Assembly: GCF_008831285.2 (NCBI RefSeq)
Contig: NC_045138.2
Span: forward strand, 10,540,001-10,604,000
Direction of reading: 5' to 3'
DNA: 64,000 nt
From: Nymphaea colorata
Taxonomy: Eukaryota
Position numbers and translations under genes: made by a program. Below are positions 11,749 through 23,199 of this stretch, one piece after another; position 1 is the stretch's first letter, and each line of letters opens with the position of its first letter. The notes under the pieces were generated by a model. The model ran no database searches. It was not told the origin of the DNA and saw nothing but the letters and a program-made list of their open reading frames with translations.

Positions 11749-14735
11749 GGTAACCATTGACACCATCCATTTGGGAAACAAGGTAGTCAGGCAGTTCAGA
11801 TGGCATGAAGCACACAAAAGGGGCATCCCCTTTGGACCAAATTTGTCTGAACATGTATGATGATGATCCATTTCAGCCTGTTCGCTTAGACTAGCTTCAA
11901 CGCAGAGCTGACCTTTATTAAACAAACAGGGACGGTAAGGGACTATTAGTCTGAATCTGAAGCCATGGGTAACATTGTCGTTAGGTGGCTAAAGGAAGCA
12001 TTCATAGGTGCACCCTGAAGATGCACTACGAAGGACCTGCTCAAGCGCTTTGAGGTGGGGTAGGGAAAAAAATATTAAGAGAGTCCATGATTGAGAGTCA
12101 GGAACATAAACTGAAGAAGAACAGGAATGTCAAGGCCAAGGAAAAAGAGCACCAAATCCAAACAGCAAAACCATGATGGTGAAGCCCAAAAAAATCATTT
12201 GAGCAAATCAAATAGTGGGGGTGACAGGGTTTCTGCTACCACTTTTAATCCAGGCCACCACTGCAAAATCCTTCACATGTACCTGGTAGATAAAAGTGAG
12301 GACAAGTTTTAGGAGGCTTAAGAACAGTTGAAGGATGAAAGAAAAAAAAAATGTTGGACATATCCATGGACGTTCTGGTAGGAGTCAACCGTGATGAGGA
12401 TGGCCAAAGCCAAATGGCAAACCTGTTAGCCTGCTACATTTCTGGAGGATACAAGGTCCATATACAATTTCATGTGCTATTAGACTGCCAGGAAGTCTGC
12501 CTATGAGATCCAATCCCAGCCTGGTTTTGACATTGTGGTGGGAGATGTGAGCTTCCTTACATGTAAAGGTAAATGTCCCACAGTCCCAGTGTGAAACTAG
12601 AGCTACGGGGAGCCATCTTCAGCCAAGCTTGATTCGTAGGACTTATGAAAGGAGCCAATATGGTCCTGGGATTGCAACAATGCCAGAATGGGCAGGGTAA
12701 GTGACTTGGAATTTCATTGTCATGTCAATGAAGTTCATTCACCAAGACAAGGAGGTCTGCCTGAGATCTCAATGAATGGCTTCCCTATTCGGAGGCAAGG
12801 GAAGAAGGAATGGCTCTAAACTCCAATGTTTCGGGGGTGAGAGACACAGCCTACTTATTCCGGTTTGACAGTTGAGATGGAGCTAGGCAAGGATGATTGC
12901 AAACACAGGGGGTGTACCCAGATGAACTGCAGGAACTCCTTCAAGAGTATGACAAGGTTTACCCACAGCCAGTAGGCCTGCCACCGAACTGAGGGCTCTG
13001 CCATCAGCCAAGATCTACACCTGCAAGGCTTTGGGTGTATAGATATGCACCTCAAAAGGCAGAGATTGAGCAGCTGGTGCACAGGTCAGGATATTGAATT
13101 CCGGAATTGATCCCAACCCACATTGCGTGTTGTCTCCCCAATGCTTCTTATCAAAAGAACAGAAGGGTGGCATGAATCATAAGGAGTTAATGGTGTGAAC
13201 CAAAAGGATAAGTTTCTTGTACAACAAGTCAAAAAAGATCTAGATAGGTTACCGAGGTCAAGATATTTTTCTAGATCGGACTTGTCACAGGATACCACCA
13301 GATATTGATGGTGGATGAACATGTTCAGAAAACTGCTTTTAGGATGCATAAAGGACATTACAGTTTCCTAGTGGTGTCCTTTGGACTCAGAACCGCACTA
13401 TCAACTTTTTAATGCTAAAAGGACATCACAATTTCCTAATGGTGTCCTTTGCAATCACGAATGCACCAACAGCCTTTTAATGCTGACGAACGAGGCGTTC
13501 AAGCAGTATTTGGTTAAGTCTATACTCATCTTGTTTGAGAATATGCTCATCTTAGCTGCACATTGGATATGTCATCTGGAACACTTCTGATCAGACATCA
13601 AAATTCTACACCAACAGAAGATATCTGCCTAAATATCAGCAGTCCACTTGAAGCAATGCTTCTTGAGAAAATGTCAGGCACTATCTGCGCATGAGCAGGA
13701 GCTCATCGCCATGATGTTAACCATTTTTTGATAACCCTACCTCCTGGTTGCCAATTGTGCAAAGTGATCATTGCAGTCTCTGTAATTTGATAAAACAGAA
13801 GGTGACCACTTCAACCCAGAAACAGCTGGTGGCAAAACTATGCGGCTATGTTTTTGAGATAAGGTATAAAAGAGGGAAAGAAAATTCAGTTGGAGGCACA
13901 TTATCAAGAAGAAACAAAGAAGCAGCAACAGGTCAAATATTAGAAATGTAAATACATATACATCTACCTATATACATTTAATGTACATAAGTATTATTTT
14001 TTTTCATTTTTGTTTGTCTTTTTCCGTTATTTGTTTATTTTATTTTTCTTTCAATCAACTGCAAGGTCAAGAATGGCCTTTGACCTTGCAGCTGGCTGTT
14101 GATCAGCTCCCAATGGCTAGAATTCAAGCTGTTGGGAGCTGACCCAACAATAGTTCTCCCTCCTTTCTCATATATATAGGAGTGATTATTCCTCTTGTAA
14201 ATGAATGCTTTTGTAAGCATGTTAGTAATATAATATTATTTTTATTTATTTTTGTCACTAGGTGATAGATGCACTCCTCATCTAGTCAAAACAAAAGTTT
14301 CTGCTACCTTAAAAGGAATGAAGGCTTGGAAAATAGCTTTCGACAGCCCAAATCCAAAGGAAAAATCATCTCAGTGGTAGCATATTTGCTTTGTCACAGT
14401 CAATTGAAGCTACACTGCCCAGCTAGTGGCAGAAACATTTTTTCAATCACGTGGGACATGCATGGCATGTCTCACTCCATTACCAGTGACAGGGGCATGG
14501 TCTTGCTCAGCTCTGTTTTGTAAAGAGTATTTTGTCGTACAAGGAGCTAAGTTGCACGAGTTCTGCCTACTCTATGCAAGCTTACAGTCAAACACAGGTA
14601 GTAAATTGCACTTTCCAAACCTATTTATATTGTCTTGCAGGTGATCAGCCTAATAATTAGGCCAAGTTCCTGCCATCGGATGAGTGTTCCTACAGTACGG
14701 GCCGAGATTCATTTATAGCCATGACTTTTTGAAGC

Positions 14736-15498
14736 CAATGTTATCTATATCCTACAATATAGAGCTGTATCTTATGATATGCATTTGTTTAGGTTGAAAA
14801 AACCTATACGTCATGGGTACGAAACACAAAATGCATCTGTGTCATGCCCATATCGGCCGCATCTTATGATAGGGCTCCCCTATTGTATGCTACAGCTGAT
14901 ACACCCGTATCTTACGATATTGGCTCTGTTTATCAAAAAGGGTCTGATGCCCCTTCTTTGTTGAGATTTTTTTAAAAGTTTCTCTCCCCTTTCATTTTCA
15001 ACGCTTCTAAGAGCTGTGGAAGGATGAGTTTTCACCATTTAAAAAAAATAAATTGCCAAGAAATCACTGTCTTAGGGGAGAAATCACCAGCTTGAAGGGA
15101 TGAGGATAAGGATGAGAAGATAATGATTGATTATTGTATCGATTGAAAATACATGATGTTATTTAATCATAAAAATTATGTCAATTTTCATTTGACAGTG
15201 AACTACTATGGATTATATGTTTTGATGTAATGTAAATTAGACTTCATTTTATCAATGTGTTGTTCCTTGTGAATGATAAATCATGAATGTTCATTATGTG
15301 TGTAATGAGCTTTTTGTATAGAACACATCTTTCCTGATTTTTCAATATTTTTCTGAATTTTTATCTATTTATCTTTTTTTTCTGATTTTTTATTAATTAA
15401 AAAATAAATTTACGATATGCTTATGATATGCGATATGTTATGATACGTGTATAGGTCAGCTCGACCGATATGCTTTACGATACGCTTTTATAACATTG
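14736..15498. mobile_element. hAT-type MITE (763 bp) inserted in the Gypsy integrase remnant
   Basis: TIR CAATGTTA...TAACATTG; exact 8-bp TSD TTTGAAGC (14728-14735, 15499-15506). Confidence 0.92.
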
Positions 15499-15886
15499 TT
15501 TGAAGCAATTCACAATAGACCACCTCCTAATCTCTGCAAATACAAAACCCAATGGAGGTAGGATAAAGAGGTGGACAGGCAGCTAAGGGGTCGGGATGAG
15601 ACCCTTAAGGTGCTCAAGAAAACTTACAAAAAGGGCACTCAAATGAAACAGGTTTATAGCAGAAAAACCGCCAAGACAGACAACTTCAGGTCAGTAATTT
15701 AGGTTTAATTAAAAATATACTAGCCCTCAAAAAGGGACTGATGGAAAGGACAGTATAAAGCTTTCTCTAAAATATTTTGGGCTGTTTATTCATAGTACTC
15801 ACACGGTTTGACAAGCCCCTGATTCCATTGTCCATACAGTATTTTATTTACCAAGGGCTGAAGGCACTCACAGGAGCTGAAGAATA

Positions 15887-16708
15887 CCATGTCACTCAGG
15901 TGCAGGTATGGGTGGACAAGAATTTCAAAAATTTGGGTACATGAATACAGATATATACTGAACAAGAGGAATCATGATTCATAGTTCATAAAGAATAAAA
16001 TGATAAACAAATATATCATTTGATGTAATTAGCATTAAACAGAATACCTAGAGCATTACAAAAACTAAATGTTGAAAACCAGCAAAATAACTTACAAATC
16101 TGTTTTCCTCAAAAGAGCACAAACAATACATTATAAGCATTTTTATTTAATGAACCATTCATCCTGCTGACAGAAATTATTTATTTTTTGAAAAATATAA
16201 AACATTTTGGAAAATAAAAATCACAGAAAATGAAAATGTGTTTCAAAATTCATACGGTCTGAAACATTACAGACCAATACAGAGACGGCTTCTCCGGCGA
16301 CAGTGGGTGGCAATGGACTCCATGTGTGTGTATGAGGATATATATATATATATATTGGAGACACCCTCCCCTTGTTTACCTTCACATTGCAGGCTGTGAA
16401 TGTTCCCTTTTGTACAGAGCATGAGAGCAGGCAGTAACACCATAATTGGTGTTGTTACTGCCTCCTCACATGCTCTGTACAAAAGGGAACATTCACAGCC
16501 TGCAATGTGAAGGTAAACAAGGGGAGGGTGTCTCAAACATGTTTGCAGTTTCACTTAACCCTAAAAAAAGGATAGAACTGAACTTGGTCAGGGCTGTCTA
16601 ATACCAAATTTGGACAAAAATCCTCAAGTGCATGGACCATTAGCAACATAGCATTGACCATGTCCTAGATGAGTCCGACCCTGCACCCGTATCCACATGC
16701 ATGCTAGC
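15887..16708. mobile_element. Decayed hAT element related to 7124-7994; contains a perfect hairpin
   Basis: Left end CCATGTCACTCAGGTGCAGG...TTTCAAAAATTTGGGTAC resembles the left end at 7124; TGCACCCG subterminal motif near the right end; TSD not found. Confidence 0.6.
16358..16534. repeat. Long inverted repeat: perfect 66-bp stem plus near-perfect inner stem
   Basis: 16358-16423 is the exact reverse complement of 16469-16534; inner AGGCAGTAACA pairs with TGTTACTGCCT. Confidence 0.95.
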
Positions 16709-17342
16709 CTCATCAGGATAACTGAGTGGCTATTTTGCTGCGTCTGTGTGACATAATACTCCCACTTTCCTCCGAATATAATTCATTTGGGCTACAAACC
16801 AAGGTCATTGAGCAGCAAAGAATCAGGAAACAGGTAGGAGCATGACAAACCAACTTGGGAGAACACTGCCGTCTTACATCACAGGTTCTTCTAGTTCTCA
16901 CTTGAGAACATGGTGAACAAGGAGCAAGGGTGATTTGGCACTGCTTTGGGTTGAAGGCTCCCTTAGAAAGGATCCATTAGTAATCCTCGCAAATAAAATC
17001 CAGTAGGGTTAGGATGAGTCAGGTTCCAGAGCTAGGCCTTAGTTGGAACCATGGGTGGTGATCCAAGATCGACCTATCATCCCTTTATAACTTGTAATTA
17101 GAGTTTAGCAGGGATGAAAGGAATTAATAAGAAGATAAGTGGAGGTTTTCTTCCTCCCTCGAGGCATGTTACTTGGTGCTCTTATTTGAGGAACCCATCC
17201 AGATGCATGCCATCACTAATTCTGAATACTGAAATGTGCACATTGGCAGTTATTCTTTTTTTTTTTTTTACTGTACTTCAGTTATTCCATAATACAGAAA
17301 CCAAATTATCAGATAAAGGCAGTACTAGGGTATGATAAAAAC

Positions 17343-17489
17343 CTGAAATTGTGGATAGTCAGGAGCACTGAAAAGTGTGATCAACTTCCCTGATTCTACT
17401 TCGTGATCAATTGTGTAACCCTTCTGCATTGTTGCAAGTCCAGAACGTTTTTCTCTCGCATCAGGACCTTCATGTGATCTAATAATCAA
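17343..17489 (-). CDS. PP7: PP7 coding exon 3 ([15 protein letters not shown]...[16 protein letters not shown])
   Basis: AG/GT boundaries, 147 nt; RSHE and SAPDY motifs. Confidence 0.95.
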
Positions 17490-18461
17490 CTGCATTTCCA
17501 ACAGTTAGTACTCCTTTACGTAAAAATTGAGATAACCAAAACAATAAAAGATCTGAAAAGCACGTCTGAAAATAATAGTATTTCTATCCACCAATTTGAA
17601 AACAGATAATGTTGCAAAAGAAAATCAAAATATTATTGCAATAGAAAAATATAGATTGCTTAAAAGATCAGTTCTAATTTTCTAAACAAAATTAAAGCCG
17701 CACACCAAATAAGTGGTTACAACTTCAGCTTCTTGGGCAACACATATATAGGATATTGCACTACTATGAAGCCACTTTTTATTGAAACAGACCACCTCAT
17801 GAGAAAATGCTACAAAAGGATAGGAATTAAGTTTGAAGGAAGGCAAAGCTAATTACCCATTCACCAAGCTTGAAATGGGAAAAACTTCATGTTCCTAAGT
17901 ACATGCTTTTGGTATTGAAATGAATACAAAGAGTTAAGCATGAAATATGTCCAGCTGGAACTTTGAAAGGGATATGTCTTATCATAATAAAAGATACACC
18001 CCATGATATGCTCAATGCAAATAAATGTCCTGACAGTAGTAATCAAATCATGGAGCTTCTTGACGTGCGCTAATGCACTACAACATGACCTTTTTTTTCT
18101 GCCAGTACGTTCCCAGAAAATACAGTACCTCCTATACTATATTCACAAAATGCATTACAAAGACCGTCTAAAGCAACCACAAATATGGCATCAAAGAATT
18201 TCACCAACTGTGGCATACCTCGTCAAGGCTACTTGGTGTTCTGTAACACAAAACACTCCAAGTACAACTTTCTTAATCACACAGACCTTACTAATACATA
18301 CGTTGGCTATTGGCCATGCCTACCTTGACCAACTATACAAGATAGACAAACAAAGATCTTAAACTCAGAGTACAGTTCTTTATGAAAGAAAGAACAGAAA
18401 GAAGTAAGATATAATAGGAGCCTAAGAGATAGAATGACCAGAAAATAAAAACATCACTAAC

Positions 18462-18956
18462 CTTTAGACTGTTCTTCTTCAGGAATTGCTCTGTACAGTC
18501 TGGACCCCATAAAAGGCCAATACCTCTCTCTTTATTTGGTGAAAGGCCAGGATTCATTGATGGATCTGACCACAGAACATCACCAGGAATCAAGTTCAAA
18601 CCCTCCCAAGGAGGGTCAAGAACCGTTCTCCTAGCTCTAGATAATTCCTCCAGACTTCCAAGGGTGAGGGATTTGAGATTGATATTGGAAACTACTTTCC
18701 GTCCCTTCTTTGATTTAGCTCTCTTGGAAGAAGCAAATCCAATGCTGCGGAAAAGACCTCCGTGAGAGGTATACACACAACCAGCTATGATGGAAGCCAA
18801 GGGGAGACCTTCAAAGCATCCCAAACATTTCCTAAAGACGTGTTTCCCCTGGTCACCATACTTGGCCATCACCTCCTTTTCAAAGCCATAGACTGATGTG
18901 CAATATTTAGATTCATGGTTACCACGAAGAAGGAATACTCTTAGAGGTAAAAGAAT
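18462..18956 (-). CDS. PP7: PP7 coding exon 2
   Basis: AG/GT boundaries, 495 nt; LRGNHE, HGGLFR, basic PP7-type insert (SSKRAKSKKGRK), DVLWSDP. Confidence 0.96.
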
Positions 18957-19915
18957 CTGCACATGAATAAAACAACCCTGTTGGTAGAGAGATAAATGAA
19001 AAACGCTAATAGCATAGGCACCCAAGAACAAGTAAAAATTAAACAAGCATCCAAACTTAAAAATTAATTGAAGAGTTTCTTTTCTCGAATTTTTATTGTC
19101 CAGGTTTTTTTTTCTCATGCATCAGTGATTAGTCAAAACAGTTTGTTCTTCACAGAAAAATCTCAGCAACTTAGAAAACTAAAAGATATACAAGAAATTT
19201 ATGAAACTATGATTTTTTCTACATTTTCTAACAAAAACATTGATAAAACTTCAAAATAGTTATCTGAAAAAGGAAACAAAAAGGTTGCAATATATTAAGA
19301 AAGATTTCTTGAAGGATCATGCAAAAACATCATGAAAATATTGGGATTTTAAAATATCTTTGCAAGAAATTGAAATTCGCAATATTTTCAAATTTATCTT
19401 GCTTTGGCAATACTAACTCAAATTTTCAAACTACTACGAGTATTTTGGAAATTTAAATGATATTTGTAACTATGCTTAGAAGTGCCTTGCCAAAATCTGA
19501 GGTCAATCAATTAGTACTGCCTTAGCTAATGTAGTTTGCAAGGATAGTCACAATTCTGATCTTAATGTTACAAAGCTGCCCAAGAGGTCATATGGCATAT
19601 CCCTCTGAAACCATGATGCTTTAACCAAATTGTGCTAGATTTAAAGATCATTTACTATGTCTGATAACCTCGGATCTGAGATGTGAGGCTGATCTCTAAT
19701 CCATCTTAACCCACTGCTGAAGCAAACAACGGATTTCATAACCGCAGATTTGATATCCAAATTGGGGAGGACAAAGGATCCACAGTTTTAAGATCTGCAT
19801 GGTAGCCTCTGATCTCAAATCAGATGCTACCAAACATACCTGACCAAAAATCCCTAAAACAACATATCAGTGGCACAAATCTAGCCCAAACAAAGGTAAT
19901 CTCTTGGACAACAAG

Positions 19916-20290
19916 CATAGTAGGCAAAATCGTGGCTCGGACTCGGACCGGCTGAAGACGAGGTCACCAGGTCAGAAAGCTTGGAGACTTGGCTGTGTTA
20001 GGTGATAATTTTTATAGTGTATCTTTTCTATAAATACATGAAGAAGGTAAGTTTGTCAGGACTACATGTTTGATTTTTTCATCAACTAAAACTGAATAAT
20101 ATGTAATATGAGTATTTATGTATATTTAGTAAAGTTTGTGACATTTCGCAATTCAAAAAGTAACAAACTAGAAAAAGAACATGTAATTATCTCAGCTGAC
20201 TCAGCATGCCTTGAGTTGTGACCCAATAAATGGACGATCCTAGCCGACACGGGCGAGTTGCGACTTGGATCGGCAAGTTTACTAACTATG
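19916..20290. mobile_element. hAT-type MITE (375 bp) in PP7 intron 1
   Basis: TIR CATAGTAGGCAAA / TTTACTAACTATG; exact 8-bp TSD ACAACAAG (19908-19915, 20291-20298). Confidence 0.88.
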
Positions 20291-21456
20291 ACAACAAGAA
20301 GGAAAATGGACTAGCAAATGAAGGGTACTTCATTCTGAACTTTGATTTTTTAATCTCAAAAACTTGATTCAAACTTTGATATTTTCAGCACACAAAACTA
20401 ATAGTAGCTTAATAATACATCCATTATAGAGATATTAATCATTAAAGTCGTACCAGTTTCACTCCAAAAAATGACATGTCCAGCCATGCATTTCTCCAGG
20501 TTTTACTACAATGCTACCAATGTATTCGCCAGTGTCCATCTTATCCCCATTGGGGCCATTGGGCAAAAAGAAGGGATTTAATTTCCATAGGAGCAGACAG
20601 GTACTCGCAACAGCCTAGGAACCACCTTTCGTTTTTGATACATACATGAACCCTACATTGTTATTATGTGGTTAAGTTTGTCACCCAAGTTTCATATCAC
20701 ATGATATCAAATAAGTTCCCGATCTCTCTCTCCCATTCAGCACCTTCCAGCTTGACTTTGGAACTTGGATCTTTATAAGGTTCTAAGCTTAGCACTCTCT
20801 CTTCCAGAATCATGACAGTGAAAGCAGAAAGCAAACAGTAAAGCAGAATCAGTTCTGGTATCAAACAATTCATTTTTATTAGAGTAGAATCCACGCCCAT
20901 ATCAAATCTCTGTAAGGTTGTTAAATCAAACAATTCCTCTCTCATAAACCACGATGGAACTGCAAACACAAAGTTTTGAGAAGAATCCACGCTTATATCA
21001 ATCTGATTAAGCGTAAATTTCCCCAACAATATTAGCAGGAGGAGAGCTGCCTCAAGTGGATGGGTACCGGAAAACTGACAAAACCAGTTCTGCATTACTA
21101 CTCATCATCTCTTGACAAAACTTTAGCACTGGGAAACTTCCCCATTTGTCATCCCCTACCACCAACTCGCATCCATGAATATTGAAGCACTCAATTCAAT
21201 AACTCGTTTCGTACTTATAAGTTCTGGGCAACAGATCAACAAAATAGTAATGTCAACTCACAACATAAACCCAGCTTATCAGTATCTTACCACCACCAAT
21301 CCTCTCTCCTTCCTCTCTATAACTACAAAACTAGTCACGGATTCTGATTTCACAAAGTTGACACGAAAAATTGAATATCTTGTCTCACCAGCTAAAAGAA
21401 AACCAAATATCAATCAAATCTTCAAAAAGAAAAGGAAATAAATAAATAAATTTTAC

Positions 21457-21927
21457 CTTCCATGCCAGCAAAAGCAAAAAAACTTCCAAACCCCAAGCTC
21501 CCCTGTCAACGTAATCGCCGTTGAAGACATAGTATCGATCATCGGAAGGCGAACCTGCCTCCCGCAAAAGAAAGAGGAGGTCGTGCAGCTGGCCATGCAC
21601 ATCGCCCACAACCACAACCCTCTGATTGTCCCCGCTGGGGACGTCGATCCTCAAGCAATTGGGCTCGCCGTGGACGATCTTCGACGCAGTGAGGATGATC
21701 CGGTCGAGAACGGGGACGGGGAGGACGGAGGGGAAGTCGGAGGGTGCAACGCTCCTGGAAGACCACTCGAAGATGAAGGCAAGGTTCTCAACCCACTCCA
21801 GGGTCAGGGAACCATCGTCGGGCCAGGATATGGGAATCTGGACCGGCGATTTTCCGGCGCCACCAGTAGTGGGATTGGGCGGGGAAGGCACCTCCGCTGC
21901 GTTCGACGACCCATCTGCCGTGCACAT
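21457..21927 (-). CDS. PP7: PP7 coding exon 1; joined CDS gives 439 aa
   Basis: ATG at 21927; PISWP, GDVHGQ and GDYVDRG motifs; AAG/GTAAAA donor; all four introns are phase 0. Confidence 0.95.
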
Positions 21928-22517
21928 CCCTTCTTCCGCTATGCCTTTGTTTTTTTTTCTTTTAGGTTTTCTTCTAGAAATTTAAATTTACTGTTTTAAG
22001 TTTGAAAATGTTTTCAATCGTATTTGAAATTTGAAAATTTAACAAACAAAGAGCTCCGCTGGTTGCTTACAGGCACCTCCTCTAACCTTCTTCCAGCTGA
22101 AGAAGCAGAAGGAGGAGAAAAAAAACAGAAGAAATCGGGAATGGAGGAGGTCGGCGGTTCGCTGGAACGTCACGGCGGCAGCCTCTGGACCTCGGAGGAG
22201 GTTTTCTTTTTGCTTGGGAAAATCTTCTAAGGTCCGGAAATTTATCCAGAATTCTACGAACGGCCTTTCCTTGTTTCACTTTTTAGCTAAAAGCTTCGAC
22301 CCTTTGTTTTGACACGTGTTGCAGCATTGTTGTAAAATATCGATAACCAATGGTGTCTTGCTTCCAAAACAGTACGGCACCTTCGGTGGTACGCAATATT
22401 TCATAGTATTTTTTTTTTAATTTTTGTAATATAATTTTTAAAAAAATTGTAACAGTTTGACTTTTAGCAAATATAAATAATCGCTTTATATTTGAGAAAT
22501 TACAAATAACTGCTTGA

Positions 22518-22581
22518 TCTTATGACATAGTTCACAGATTCTTATGACATAGTGCACAGATTCTTATGACATAGTTCACAA
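22518..22581 (+). repeat. 22-bp tandem repeat x3 upstream of PP7
   Basis: TCTTATGACATAGT(T/G)CACAGAT repeated. Confidence 0.85.
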
Positions 22582-23199
22582 ATGTGTGCTTCACTTAGAT
22601 CTAGGCATCGAGTTACGTAACTCGAGCCCGAGTGAGTAACCTGGAGTAGCCAATTGAGTCAAGTTCCAATTACGTAGGCGTTTTTGGATGACACCCTTAT
22701 TTTATAACTGCTTTGGAAAAAATTCTTGTGAAAAAATTGTTTTCTAGTCATTTTTAAAAAATTTGTTTGTAAGTTTGGATGAGACACCTAAAACTCTTTT
22801 TCTTTTTCTTTTTTTTTTTGTATATAACCTTTCTGTTGGGAAGGGAGGACAGGCTATTCAATTCCTTTCAAAGCCTGCATAGCTTTTGTGTCATCTAAAC
22901 ACTTTAAAAAAAAACCTGTTGCAACCTTGCTAGGGGGTATTGCCCCTGACAAAACAATACTTTGGTAGAAAATTTGGCAAAGGAGGGTTGGACTCAAGTA
23001 TGTCACATTCAGGGGGTTGATTTTTTTTTATGGACAAGCTGAACAGTCCAAACTATGGATCTGAGTAGGGCCAAATTGAATTAGAATACAAACAATATAT
23101 GGCACAATTAAAAATTTTAATTTTTTTAATGCAAATTTTTTTTTTCAATTGGCTGAGGTGGGGCCATAGTCGAGGTGGCCCTCCCCCTCCCTTCGCCTG

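Larger units (their letters stand above)
10250..17200 (+). mobile_element. Heavily decayed Ty3/Gypsy retrotransposon inside PP7 intron 3, antisense to the gene (ends approximate)
   Basis: RT remnant ~13250-13600 (YHQI...KTAFRMHKGHYSFLVVSFGL); RNase H end (KLCGYVFEIRYKRGKENSVGGTLSR, 13748-13951); integrase remnant (FEAIHNRPP, ~15500); patchy direct similarity between ~10290-10410 and ~16965-17080 suggests diverged LTRs. Confidence 0.75.

Noticed and set aside
16267..16554. 95-aa ORF across the hairpin
   Set aside because: No recognisable domain; spans a palindrome and a microsatellite.
18333..21927. Catalytically dead PP7-like (PP7L) or MAIL3-type fusion
   Set aside because: All metal-binding motifs (GDxHG, GDYVDRG, GNHE, HGG, RSHE) are intact and no PMD domain is seen.
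21583..21999. Plus-strand ORFs over PP7 exon 1
   Set aside because: Antisense shadows of a GC-rich exon.
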